A stretch of DNA of 64,000 nt from Vezdaea acicularis. Lineage: Eukaryota. Positions 34,385 to 47,010 of the stretch are shown here, in pieces; position 1 is the first letter of the stretch, and each line of letters begins with the position of its first letter. The stretch covers positions 62,001 to 126,000 of the forward strand of contig JAPEUI010000028.1 of assembly GCA_026025075.1 (NCBI GenBank), read 5' to 3'. The notes beneath the pieces were generated by a model that worked only from the letters and a program-made list of their open reading frames with translations, was not told where the DNA came from and ran no database searches. A program made the position numbers and the translations under genes.

Positions 34385-37300
34385 CTTGGATGTCTTGGGG
34401 TTTGTAGCTTGCTTGAGAGGGTGCCGGTTCTTTCGTGGACGTGAGGTTGGGGGTGGGGCAATGATTATGGCCGTCTCAAGTGACTGTTGGCTCTCTCGAA
34501 GTAGGTTTTTCTTGTTGGGATGCGTTAAGCAGGGTAGTCAGGCACAAGTCCACGTTTGGTGATCGGAGCTGGGAGGAACCTAAGGAAATTGGGAGGGCGC
34601 GTCGCGGGCTTTAAAGTTCTCAAGCTCGGGGCGACGGTCGTAGTCCGCGAGGAGGGGGCATAGCGTAGCCGCAACTAAAACTATACACCATAGCGGGCGG
34701 AGAGGGGAGAGACCACAACAGCGCCGCGAATGGAGTGGAGGCCAGCAATCACATCAGACGGCTGCGCTGTGTGATACGGCTGGTACTTGCTTGTGGGTCT
34801 CCCCCAATGCGACTCGCGGAGGTTGAAGCTGCCATGCCTGCGCTGCTTAGCCCTCCCCTTGATGCCCGTGTAAGACAGACGGGTAAGAGAATCCAGCATA
34901 CGGCGACGGCTGAGGACCTCTCTCTCTATCTACAGGCAGGTGGAATATCGATGACAACCAACAATTCCTCCATCTTTGCCTTCGCCTTCGCCTTCAACTT
35001 CGTCTTGCGTCACGAATGCTCGGGCCAAGCTCCACTTCGCTTGCCCAGACCTGCAGTTCCATCATATTCGAGGTCGAGGTAGACGCACCGGACGGCCAAC
35101 TCAATTGATGGACCTCAGTCGCCAATGGAAGCGCCCCTGCCCCGGGGTCACTCGCGGCCGCCGGGCGCCCACGCCGCAGCTTTTGCAGTTCGGCCCACTT
35201 GATTGGACGCTTTTTCTTTTTTTTTCACCCTCTCCAGATGTGAGCATCTCTAAAACATGTCCGCATCTGTCGTCGAGGTGAGGAAAGGCTGCGGGCCTGG
35301 GTGTGTGTGGCCTGTGAGAAGTGCCGTCGAGCCAGTCGGTGGTCGAGCACGCACGAATCAGCATAGCCCCGCAGACGGAGCGCATGGCGCGCAAGGAAGC
35401 GTCTTCGCGCAATGCTCACACTTCATGTGCCGGGACCCCTCTCACCGGGGTCCGGCGGCCCACGGAGGTCTCCCGACGGCCGGAGCTCGTGGGACCGAGC
35501 GATGGCAGGCACCCCGCTCAGGCCCGGCCAAGTTCGTGGCTCCGGCTCGAACTCGCAGGCAGAGTGGGAGTGAGGGAGAGAGAGGGCGAGAGCGAGACGG
35601 CCAGGCCGCGGCTGATGGTTCTCGGGTGCGGTCCAGCAACAACTCTAAATGACGGCTCTAAACGCGGGCCGGCACCCATCGCGGCCCGTCCGACTCGACA
35701 TACGGGCTCCCCCCCTTCCCCCCCAGATGACGCCGACCCGGCAGACGGTTTCGTGCAACGAGCAGCTGCAGCCCCATCTGCGGCCCCACGGCGCGCGCGT
35801 GGCCGTGGCCCTTCCATCGTTTCCATTGCCAGTGCAGATTCCACCGACGCTGCAGATCCACGATCATCCCACATCTATCGACACGGGAACCGTGTTTGTG
35901 GTCGGCGGGCGGTCGTGACCCATTCGCCCCCGCCTATGGCCGTGCGTCGTGGAACCGGGTAGCTGATGCACCCGCCAGATCCGCCCTCGATGCCGCCCAC
36001 GCGAGGAGCTTCAGATGATATTTCCCATTGGCCGGGCGAGGATCCAGTTCCGGCACTAATTAGCATCGGCCTTGTGCGTGGACTCCTGGGATCGATCCAA
36101 TCTGGAGGGGCGGGCGCCCTGAATGCTGTCTTCTCGCTGGCCGAGTCTCAGGTCGAGAAAAAGCCCGGCCCCACGCCAGGCCGGCGATATCTTCCGGATG
36201 CCCCTCTCCATCACGGCCAACCGCCATTCAAAATCCCCTCTTTCCTTATCTTCCATCAGGCAGCTATCCGCCTGAGCGTGAGAAGCGTGAGGGAGCACGG
36301 AGCACGGTTGCGTAGAGCACGTCAATGCACCTGAAGCATCGTTTGCTCTGCACGAACGAGGTGGTGGCGGCGGCGCTACGAGCGCGGCCAAACTTCAGTG
36401 GAGAGGGAGCTTGCCAATAGCCAGATCCGTGTGGTAGGATGCAGAAGAGAATGCCCAATTGGACCTCGGGGTGGACCTGCTGCCGCATCTGCGTTGGAGA
36501 TGGCGTCTGGGATTCGAGTCGACGGTTGATATACCGCTGGATCGGCGGAGAAGGGAGGTTGAGAAAAAAAAGCCACCGTGATGTTTGCTGGAGGAGGACG
36601 ACGACGTCCCACCTGTCCCCAATTGCGCTCAGGCCCTTCTAGTCTCCTTCTGGGATACTCGCTGCTTGAGGCTTATCAGGGTAAGAGCTTGGCTCATGAG
36701 ATCCTTCTGCATGATGATATTAGCGACGTGCCACGGGCCCTCACCCATTACTCGCATGGTATCTCGAAACAGACCATGCGTGGGCAAGGAGAAAAGACCG
36801 GCCGATCTCTTATGTAATTTGACGTCGACCGATCCAGTACCCAAACCGTCATCCCCCTTGCATGTCGGACGAAAGAGGACAAAAAATGTTGAGACTGGAA
36901 ATGGTTGTGGGGAGCCCTTGATGATTCAAGGCTGTCAACAACTACAGAAGCCCGATATCGGCTTGGGCGAGATGACGTGTGTTTGTGCGGACCTGAAGAC
37001 GGAGAGGGTTGAGGACGGGTCATGGTTGCAACTTCGCATTCACATTCGACGTCGACGGCTATGATTTCAAGTGATGACCCAGATGGCTGATCGACAGCCC
37101 CAAGGACTCGGGGAGACAGGGTATAGCGGTGATTGAGTTAACACCCCCAGATCTACCGTAGATCTAGATGCGTGAGTGTGACGGCCCATCCAACGCTCAT
37201 AGGCGGGCCAAGGCTCGACCTCGGCATTTCACGCTTCGGGAAGGGGTGGAGGGACGACACACTAGAAATGTACCAGGTCAAAACCTTGTGGCTCAGGAAA

Positions 37301-37730
37301 ATCACCGAGTTGCTTTTCGTTTCATGATGTATCGATGAGATTTGTGTGCAAAAAAAAAAAAAGAAAAGAAAAGAAAAGGAAAAGCCGTAGAAGGGATTCT
37401 CCAAACGCAGGAAAACCAGCCAAATCGAAAAAGTCCATAACGCGGAATGATTTTATCCAATAATCTTTCAGGATCAGAAAAGGACCCCCCAACGCCCCAC
37501 GCCTCTTGCAGAAAAGGGAAAAAGAGATGAATCCTAAGTGCAGCTTCCACCTTGCCCGCGTTGGAATTCCCTAGAGCGCTTGCGACCGAGAAAAGACGAT
37601 GTACAAAGAAGTTCAGTTCAGGATGGGAGAAGGAGATCAGGACCATTTCCGCGCAACCGTAATCTCGCGTTCCAACCAACGAAAGGGGAATATGGCTATA
37701 GTGTGCCTGCGCTCCCCAACTCAAGCAAAC

Positions 37731-39811
37731 TCAAATGTTACTGACGAAAAGAGTCAACTTGGAGTTTCTTTCTCTTGCCATGTTCAAGTCGTTGTTTGTC
37801 ATGAGCTCCACGTAAGTATTACTCGGCTCATCCTTATACTGAACCATGATGTCACCTTCGATGTGCAGCCTCTCCAACAGCTTTTCCTTCAACTGCTCAA
37901 ATTTAATGTCAGTCTGCACGCGGATAGCAATTAGATCGTCTTGGTAATAAACTTTGATCTTCATAGCGCCGGACGTATTCGATCCGCCGGCCCCTTGTGA
38001 CCCAGCGGATTCTTGTGTGATCGAGCTCGCTTGCCTGTTCATGCCCGGATGAAAGTCTGAAGGGTTTCGGAAGTGACCGCCTGGTGCACCAGGCATTGCC
38101 TGTTGTGCTCGCTGGTTATTCGGCCTTGCGGGCGGTGCGGAGAGTCCAGGCTGTTGCCCGCTTCCGTTCAAATCCCCTCGGGAGGACTGGCGAGAGACGT
38201 CTTCCGGTGAGTCGTTCGAAGACCTTTGAGATGTGCCAGAAAGTCTGTAGTCGTCCAATGGTGCGTTGGGGTCGATTTCGAAATCTCCGTCTCTTGGGGC
38301 AAACAGCTGTCTGACCAAGTGACATTTCGAAATATAGGGAGGCATAGTTAGCAGCTTCTTGATGTATTCATCTAAATTCTGCCGCCGTCCGTTCGAAATA
38401 GCATCAGTAACATAAGTGACGGGGCCCGGCATGAACGGTAATGTTCTCGGCTTTCCTGCATTGCCAGCTTCCTCAGGGAATTGTGTCAACAGCGCTATCT
38501 GAAAGTCATAGAAGTCTTGGTAGAACCGAGAAAGTTCCCAGTGCCGCCCGTCCTCCATTACCGCCTCAATAATGTACCAATACTTCTCGTTTGCAAAACA
38601 GAACCGAGGTATGTTGGCTGATATGGGAGCCATGAGCTGTGCCGATGAAGGTCGCGAATTTGTCCTCACTGAGGTTCCCCCAGTCCTTTCTGTCCGTTGA
38701 GGAACATTCTGGCCCGCAACCTGCTACATGCGTAAGTGGCCAAATACATCCATTCATAAGAGACTCTAAGCTTACGGTGTTACTATTAGTATTGCCATTT
38801 CGATGATTTGGAGCACCGTTCTGCAAACTTAATCGCTCCATGCCCTCCTGCATGGATGATGTACCCTGTGTTTCGAATCTACCCAACGATATGCTGCTAT
38901 TCTTGTAGTCTGCAGCCATCTTTTTCCATTCCTCTACTTTTGGGACACCAGCCCTCTGCACCGCTTCTTGCGCATCCGGAACAGCTTGTCCGGTTGTCAT
39001 ATCCCTAATCTCAATGAACGACACTGGGATCAGCCCTGGCCCGCCTAGTCTGCCGATAGGCTTTGCTACAAACCACTCAGGGTTTGATTGGGCAATTACG
39101 ATGATTGCTTCCCCAGCCGTTGCTTCAAGTTCGTCCGGTCGTTCTGCCACAAAATCATATTGTACTATTCCGTACACCATTGCTCCAGAGCCTTTCCCGA
39201 TCGATCTTGATAGTCGCATTGGCTGCGGAGCATTATCAGACGGGACAGCTGCAGCACCAGTAGCAGATCGTTCCGAATATCCTGAATCATTGTCTGGTAC
39301 TCGATTGCTTGTGTTAGAAGTGGCAGATCCCGCACTATCCCTTTCTGTTCTTCCTAGCACCTGGAAAAACTTGACGGGTACCAAGCCTCTCGCATTTGGC
39401 ATGGAGGGGTTGCATGCCTCATACCAGTCCTCATCATTCTCTCGGCCTATAACATGGAAGAAGTCCCCGCGAGAAAAGCTTAGTTCGTGTGGGTGCTCGG
39501 GATTAGCTTCATAATCGTACAGAGCTCGGATGACCTATGTGCCAAGAATCGAAAAGTCAGCGATCGCAAATAGAACCAAAAAGGCATAAATGCCCACAGA
39601 TCATAAACAATTCTGATTGGGATAGAATCGCATACCTTTTTTGGTGGGACTATCGCAACGGCGTCTTTCTGGGAGATCGATTTCTGATGGCGGGGCGCAG
39701 ATGTGTCGTTCCCTTTATCTCCTCTAATGGACCTTCTAATAGCCTGTGTAATTGATGAGCCCAAAGCGTTCTCAAGGTTATTCAGGTTTCCTTGGAATGG
39801 CTGACCTTCAT
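37731..39811 (-). CDS. BEM1: Polarity scaffold Bem1/Scd2 (SH3-SH3-PX-PB1)
   Basis: 6-nt first coding exon (ATGAAG at 39811), then AIRRSIRG. Two SH3 domains (YDFVAERPDEL…WFVAKPIGRLGGPGLIP), a PX domain (RFYQDFYDFQIALL) and a PB1 domain (KIKVYYQDDLIAIR). Confidence 0.94.
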
Positions 39812-41936
39812 CTCTGCGCTTAGACAACGTTGCTTGCGTTGTTATTGGGAATCAGGAGAGACGAAGATAGTTCGGTCGAGACAACTCTGCAACCAGGTCG
39901 ATATTATGGACTAAGTGCATTCGTGGTGATAAAGACGGAAGGCTGAGCTGAAATTTAAGGGTGTTGGCTTTGTCAAAGTCTGCGGACTCGGTGAAAGCCC
40001 TGCGATCTGTGACGTGTGCAGCCTTGAGCGGCAGAGCCTATCTCATTAATGTCGGTGTACTTGTGCGAATACCCGAGCCTTCGGTCTATAAGTCCAGTGT
40101 TGTTTTATTCTCGAAAGAGAGTGAAGAAGTTGGGTTCGTGACTGATGTTACCATGAGGGGTTTCTTCAGTCGTCTGGTACACTGTAGGGCGCAGGCGACT
40201 GACGGGCGACGTTTCCCAGAAAACAAGCTACGAGGTCCGGGATTTTTAGCGCTACAGCACTTTGCTCTAGCCGGCAAGCTATCGGAGAAAAAGCACAGCG
40301 GCGCAACAAAGCAAGAAAGGTCTCATGTAAAAATTATTTCAGGGGAGATTCTCAGTGACAAGTTTATTCAAGTACCGACAGGCATAAGCAGTGGAAGTCC
40401 GCAAAGAACAGGAGACGGACCCGTACATTGGCATGCCACCTCTGCCTTCATGAAACCCCCTGCGTGTCCCCGACTGCCAATATATCACATGCGGAGTCGA
40501 CTCACTAATTCTTCCTGAATCCTTTCATTCCTGCAGTTTGTGTGCATTGAATATTTGATGACTCCGAGTTCTCGCGCACATTATTCTTGTCGTTACAGGG
40601 CTAGAACATTGAGTGAAATCTACGTTTTGGATACGGCGCGTAGAGGAGCAAAAATAGCTGTTGAGAGACGGCGATCACACTCATCGTCACGCTCCCTGAT
40701 TGGACTCGCTTTGAAACCAATGATCGAACTGTTATTGTCTACCTCATTCTCTACTGCCTGCGAACACTGGACGATGCCCAACGCACATAGGTAATGTTGA
40801 TTTTGTCGGAGGCCCATGAAAACTCTTCGTACAAAGCATCATGGGCCTATTTTCCGCCCAGGACAAACACCCAAGACCTTGGCATCATATATATGGGTTC
40901 ACCTTTAGAGCATACTAAGACAGGGGGCTTACAATAAACCTTTGCCCTTGATAAGAACTTGGTAGGACTGATGCTAGTAATATAAGCAGTCTTAGGCGAT
41001 GGAAGACTAACGGATGCGCTCTGGCCTTCTGTATAGGTCTTGCTTAAGATGTACACCATGATGAGAGAGGAAGATTGCCGTAATGATTAAGACATGTGCT
41101 TTGCATCCTGTGTCTCATTATATTATTGCTGGCCCAGCGGGCGAAGTCTTGAGATGTCACTACGGATATCTCGATCATTCAATGTTTGAGGGAAAAGTCA
41201 CTGCTTGCGGGTTCGATCAATGCAATGCTTTTTATATAGCAATAGCGCTGCCGTGCCTGAACCAGATCAATGAGACCCGCTAGATGTTGGGAGTACATTG
41301 ATAAAAAAATCAAATTATACTTAGGATTCAGCCCCAAGCATGTCGTGGCTTATCCTAATTTCATGACGAAGGAAAGAAAACAAATGATGCAAAATCGCTT
41401 GAGGTGCAGGCCAAATAATCCAAGAAAACCATGGCGAAGGTGTTCACAGAACCCTTTAGGAGACCGAGTCGTGATGTCCATGCTCCTTGACGCGGTCGCG
41501 AGCTATATGAGATGAGCTTGATATTGGGGCCAAGGTGTGTACTTGTCCTGCTCGTCTAATGTTGCATGCAACGTCTAAGGATAGTGATTGACCACTACTG
41601 TTTCTTCTTATTGAAATATGAAGTAGCTAAGCAGTGTGGGTTTCAAGTGGGCATGAAAGCCGGAAAGTGTAAGATTGTTAGTATGTATTGTGGCCAGGGC
41701 TTAGAGTCGCGAGAAGGTGGAATGAAAGCTGGAAGCAGAAGAGGATATCTTCGAAGGAGATGTAATCCGTAGCCTGAGGATTATGCTAGAAACGTGAATC
41801 ACCATTCCCCTAATGCAGGTATGATATCGTCAGAAGGATATGGAGTGTAGACAAAGGTCTTCATAATGGTGCCCGTCCGAGAGAAATGTGTTAGTAGTGG
41901 CATGGAGGGGTTGGCTTTCAATCTCGATATATGTCC

Positions 41937-43647
41937 CTATATTTGGCCTTTGACGTCGACTTTCTTAAAGGCTACAGCCTTTGCACGTTCGAAAATCTGA
42001 CCAGCTCTGCCTGTCAAGAAGTAGACGGTTTCTTCACGTTGCTCAACAAAGTCTTGTGCCTCATTTGCACAAAGGAACTCCACGGTCTCGCGGTCCGATT
42101 CAAAAGAGAGCTCCTCAGTGATGAAACGAATATTGACGTCTGGTTTGTATCTAAGCAGAATGTTAGAGGTATTAGACCAGAAGGCGTAATGTTAGGGCAT
42201 CTTACGCTCGGCATATATTGGCAAGTGCTGCTAGTCTTTCACGCTGGACGAACATGTCCATTAGGTAGGCACCCATGTTGTGGTTTTCCAGGTACAATCG
42301 AAAGAATCTGTGATAGTTTCCTAACGCTAGAGCGGACCGGACGTCCAGAGCATGTTTTACTGCCGGATCCTTCCGCTCTGCTGGAGTTAAGTCTGCTAAA
42401 CAATCGTTCATGCCGGTGCGATTGGAAGTATAAATGAAATAAAGAATACGATACGCCTTGAATTCTGTGGGATGGCCACCTTTGATCTGCGAATATAGAC
42501 CACGTAACTGCGTTTGACATTGATTATACTCACCAAGATCCCCCTTCTCCAGAGCTATCCGAGCGTGAATCTCATAGACAGATATCGTAAACTCATTCTT
42601 GATATGTTGTACGGTTAAATCTTGCCGCATTGACTTGAATTGATCGCAAATATAGGCATAGTTGTTTGCTTCCCTCCATTTGCGCTTCAGTAGGTCCAGA
42701 GTCTTTTTCAAGATGGGTGCCGGTCGGACGTTCTTCGGATCCGGAGGTGCAGTGAGTCGGTAATAGTTTTTCTCTAATTCTTTCGAAAGTCCGACAACAG
42801 GACCAGGGTTCTCAGGCGATGGTGAGTCTTCTGTATCGTTCCTCCATGGTGCTCTGTGCGTGCCAGCTCCGTTGTTTTCAAATCGTCGCTTCCGGGTCTC
42901 CAAATCGGCATTGAATGACTTACTTGATATGTCTCTTGCGTTGTTAGCCGCTTTGACCTTTCGCTGTCGCTTGCTATCACTCCGCACTCCACCTGAACCA
43001 TTTGGGTAGGTTACACGCTCCTCGAACAGATTACGATCAGTAGACATATTCCACAATGGGTGCTCTAGGCGGGATTCAGATTGAGTGTTCATCTCGTCAG
43101 TTGATTTCCGCTTTTTCGATAGGGTTTCAGAGTTCAATGCCCTCAACTTTCTCGGCTCGGGGGTTATGGTACTGGAGTATGAACCATGGGCCGAAACAGG
43201 GACCAGAGCTTGTCTCTCACTTGCAATCATATCTTGGGGAAGGGCTATACTATTCCAATCTTTCGAGTGTAGCTGGCTCGTTTGAGCAGCTTGAGTGATG
43301 ACTTCTTTCAGCTTTGCCTCAAGCTCCTGCTTCTCGATACCTGGTATTTTATGTTCGGGGGCAAACGCTCGTTGAACGTAGTCACGTACGGGTTGTGGCC
43401 AGTCAACCTTCTCTGGCTTTGGTGGAGGTATAACAGGTTGAGTCCGTATGAGTGTAGATTGTGGGAAGATTTCCTGTAATGCGTAAGCTAAGGTACGTCG
43501 AGCGTTCAGGAGGAAACTAAAGACGTATTGACATACTTGTTGTGGCGAACCAAATCCTCGCCGCACTTCGACTGGTGTAAAAGCTGTGTTATCTATTACA
43601 AATTAGTTGAAACTCGGTCAGGGTTCTTTTGAAGACATACGAGGCAT
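41937..43647 (-). CDS. THP3: SAC3/GANP/THP3 family protein (Thp3/LENG8-like)
   Basis: LEKNYYRLTAPPDP, ICDQFKSMRQDLTVQ and YEIHARIALEKGDLGEYNQCQ; last exon ends …VDVKGQI*. Start at 43647 inferred from short 5' exons. Confidence 0.88.
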
Positions 43648-44003
43648 CTCGTGATGATTAAAGGGAGGAAGTGGATAATCAGGCCTCCATGGCAATGACA
43701 TGTTTTTGGGTTCAGTTCAATCTATTATATTTGTTATATAAGTCTTTCGTAAGGGTGTCGGATGCCTCAAGGGAGTCAACACATGGGGTCGTGGGGCTCG
43801 TATGGATGAGAAAAGAGTTGCTTCGTTTGTGAAGCCGACCGAGCATGGAAAAGGTGAGGCGAAGCGGAAAGCCCCAAGTTCGACCATGCTGTTATGTACG
43901 CGGGGAACACCATAATGAATCACTAGCGAAGCCACATTCTTTGCTATAAAGATAGGCAACCACCACATTATGCTATCAAGGGGAGCTTTATCTACACTTC
44001 TGG

Positions 44004-45962
44004 ATGTCTTTTCAGCGCATCGATCTCACAACTGCATTACGTCCCTCACTTTTGCACGGCGAGACCCTTCTATTCGTCCAAGATTGTGTAGGGCTCTACC
44101 AAGGGTACCATAAAGATCTTACCGTTGTTTAGAATTAGAGTAGGCTCCGAGGCTGATTCGATCTAAAACAAATAGGAAATACAAGATATCCAAATGTCAG
44201 AACGGTCATGCCTACCTCACATCTCATCGCGCCTGTTACGTAGATAACGAACAACCTAGAGAGTATTCGGTAGCAATTGAATTGAAGGATGTTGAGCGCT
44301 ATGAGTTCTACGTGCGCATAGACCTTTTCGTGCTAGATGGCAAGCAGCTAATACTGTGTCTAGGCAGGTTTCCTAAAGTCTTCTCCTAAAGTCACATTCT
44401 ATCCCAAACCGCCAAAACGTCTTAACGCTCCTATTCGGCCAAGCTCTTTGATCTCACCCTCACGTAGTTCTAATGCATCGCCATTTCAGCAAACCCCAAG
44501 TCCTGTACCTTCTCTCGCGAGTAATGCTACTTGGATATGCCCCATATGTTCACTATCAAATCCGGTTCCATCGAATTTCGACCCAGGGACAGCAACTGCC
44601 GATACACCAATGCCCTCCTGCCTTACATGCGGGATGCAACCTCCCTTCTCACATATGGTCAAGGCTGCAATAAGGAATGCAAGACATACGCAGCCGGTGG
44701 CTCTGACCCAAGTTCCCAGTCAATCTTCAATAGAGGGAGACGCTCAGGCTGGAACAGTCATCCCAATTGTTCGTGCTCCAGACTCGTCATACCCTTGCCC
44801 TCGCTGTACCTTTCTCAACCACGCCTCTTTGCTAGCTTGTGAGATGTGTGGTGCACCCTTGACGGCTGTGGGTGCGGCTCGTGAGCTACTGGGTACAGCC
44901 AATGGGTTCCGTTCGGATTCCCCTGGACCTTCACTCGATGAGGTAAATCTCGGGGCAGGGACTGGCGAGAGCGTAAAGATCTCTTTTCGTGGCGGCGGCG
45001 AGAAGACTTTTCATGAGCGCCTCGGAGGGGCTATGATCCAACGGAAGTGGTTGTTATATGGGGCACCTCCCATACCTAAGCCTCATCAATCTTTAACTTC
45101 TGAGAATGCTGATGATCTAGAGGGCTTTTTAGGATCAAGCAAAGGGTTCTCACGGACTCCGTCAGGTCGGGCGAAGAACTTCGGTGTTGCTGGACTGGAG
45201 AATCGAGGCTTGGAACTGCAGAAAAGTACCGAGGTTGTAATTGGCAACGCCTTTGAAGATCTTGAAGCATTGAAAACTTCAGCAAAGGAGATCATTCAGT
45301 TGGCAGAACGCTTTGCGGGTCACATCGGCAACACTTCCTTGGGAAACTCGGCCGAAATTGGGCTTCTTCTTTCTCAATCAGCTAACGCCGTCGGCCTTGT
45401 TACAACCAAAGATATGCTTGGCTCCGGAAGCAACTCAGAATCTCTATACCTCTCCGAACTATCTCGTAATCTAGCCGAATTCCTTACGGATGATGTGCGA
45501 GATCTACTTCGTACCGAAGGTGGGATGATGAGCCTCGTAGACTTGTGGGCTGTATTCAATCGAGCCCGAGGTGGTGTGGAATTGGTCAATCCCTTGGATA
45601 TAGAAAAGGCTGTGATGCTGTGGGAGAAGCTCAAATTGCCCGTGCGCTTTAGAAAGTTCAAAAGCGGACTACGCGCAGTGCAGAGTAATACGTGGAGTGA
45701 TGACAAGATTGTTGCTACACTGCTCTCTTGGTTGCAAGACAGGCACGTTGAACACCCATCTGCGGAAGTAAGATGGGACTGGCGTCAATTTGGTCGAGGC
45801 GTAACCGCGCAGGAAGCAGCCGATCGATTCCATTGGAGTGTGGCAGTCGCAACAGAGGAGCTTGAAACGGCTGAGGAGAGAGGCTTGCTTTGCCGGGATG
45901 AGGGCATGGAAGGCGTACGATTTTGGGAGAACATGTTTCTTGAGTTCTCCAAGCGTGCATAG
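44004..45962 (+). CDS. VPS36: ESCRT-II subunit Vps36 (split GLUE domain, two NZF fingers, EAP30 winged helix)
   Basis: MSFQRIDLTTALRP…, WICPICS…C, CPRCTFLNH…CEMC, AFEDLEAL and NRARGGVELVNP. Confidence 0.93.
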
Positions 45963-46571
45963 GCAGATAATCCTTTATCTTGGATTGTCGTCATGGCGCA
46001 GGTGTGTTGTCGTGCATATTAGGTTAAGGTCGTCCATCGGCGCATTATCACTCTTATGATATCATGAGACAGCACGAGCAAAAGATGGCGTCTCCAAGGG
46101 GTTTCATGGGATAAGACGTATCAGGGGCATATCCATAGAATGAGGAGGCAGCCTCTAGATGTCATTAAAGTCAGGCTCAAGTTATGCTGCAATAATGATA
46201 AGACGGCAAAAGAAGAGCTAAATATCAAAGGAATCAGCCAGTCATGCTCTTCATTGCAAGACGGATAGTCTTTGGTCTGGGTAAGAAAGGCTCTTTAGAA
46301 GCACTTTGTGAACCATGCATCATTGTGACGGTCAGACTATCAGTCGCTTGTTCCCTGATACGTGTGGCGTAGATAGTCCTGTAACCCATACAGAGCGGAA
46401 ATATTACACCAGATGAAGAAAGGGGGGTTTTCATTTCTAAAAAAGACCGAAACTCTGCGACGCTATGGGACGAAATTGCGAGGACTTGTTTTAGCTCAAA
46501 GGAAAGGTCTTCGCTTAGATTGAAGTCACGAAAAATAGTTCAATCGAGAGAGGCACTCACCAATAATGAAT

Positions 46572-46591
46572 AAAAACTGGAAAATGAAAAA
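46572..46591 (-). terminator. Pol III oligo-T terminator downstream of the tRNA
   Basis: T5 (46591-46587), T4 and T5 runs starting 10 nt after the discriminator base. Confidence 0.7.
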
Positions 46592-46600
46592 TCAACCACA

Positions 46601-46725
46601 CACCCTACTCGGGACTGATGCGAGAACTGTCAGCGCAAATTTAAGATTGTCGAGAATTATTTCATACCTCGAACCCGAAACCTTCAGATTAGGAGTCTGA
46701 CGCGCTACCATTGCGCCAGCAGAGC
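46601..46725 (-). tRNA. tRNA-Arg(CCU) split by an intron in the T-loop (exons 46725-46668 and 46614-46601)
   Basis: Spliced 72 nt: GCTCTGC TG GCGC AATGGTA GCGC G TCAGA CTCCTAA TCTGA AGGTT TCGGG TTCGAG|T CCCGA GTAGGGT G. All four stems pair; anticodon CCT. Confidence 0.93.
46615..46667 (-). other. 53-nt U2-type spliceosomal intron inside the tRNA, between positions 59 and 60
   Basis: GTATGAAATAATTCTCGACAATCTTAAATTTGCGCTGACAGTTCTCGCATCAG: 5'SS GTATGA, branch GCTGAC (46634-46629), 3'SS CAG. Confidence 0.85.
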
Positions 46726-47010
46726 AGAATTTTCTGTAATTTCTGTTATTAATTTTTATCAACGTATCATGCTAAATATACTACAATCAGTCGAGCTAAA
46801 GTCTCAAAGTGAAACGTTTCGTGAGGTTATTGCGCTGCAGGAACAAGAAATGCAAATACATTTGCGTGTTACTATTTGCTTCGCAAGTGTGGAAAGCTCT
46901 CTATGCAGGGATCGAGTGCTTTTTCTCTGGTGCTGGTGTTATACTTGGCCTCAGCAAGGCGGTCAAGGCCTGATAGTGACCTGATATAGGAAGGCCTCAA
47001 AGCCTGGACG

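Noticed and set aside
22400..37100. Many overlapping Arg/Pro/Gly-rich ORFs in the ORF track
   Set aside because: By-products of high GC and skew; antisense or out of frame to real genes, with no recognisable domains.
46234..46324. Possible box C/D snoRNA on the minus strand (ATGATGC…ATGAAGA…CTGA)
   Set aside because: Imperfect C box, no terminal stem, and no rRNA/snRNA complementarity that I could recognise.
46485..46560. Possible second intron downstream of the tRNA (GTGAGT…GCTAAA…AAG)
   Set aside because: Weak branch and acceptor, and it lies beyond the oligo-T terminator; unsupported without transcript data.
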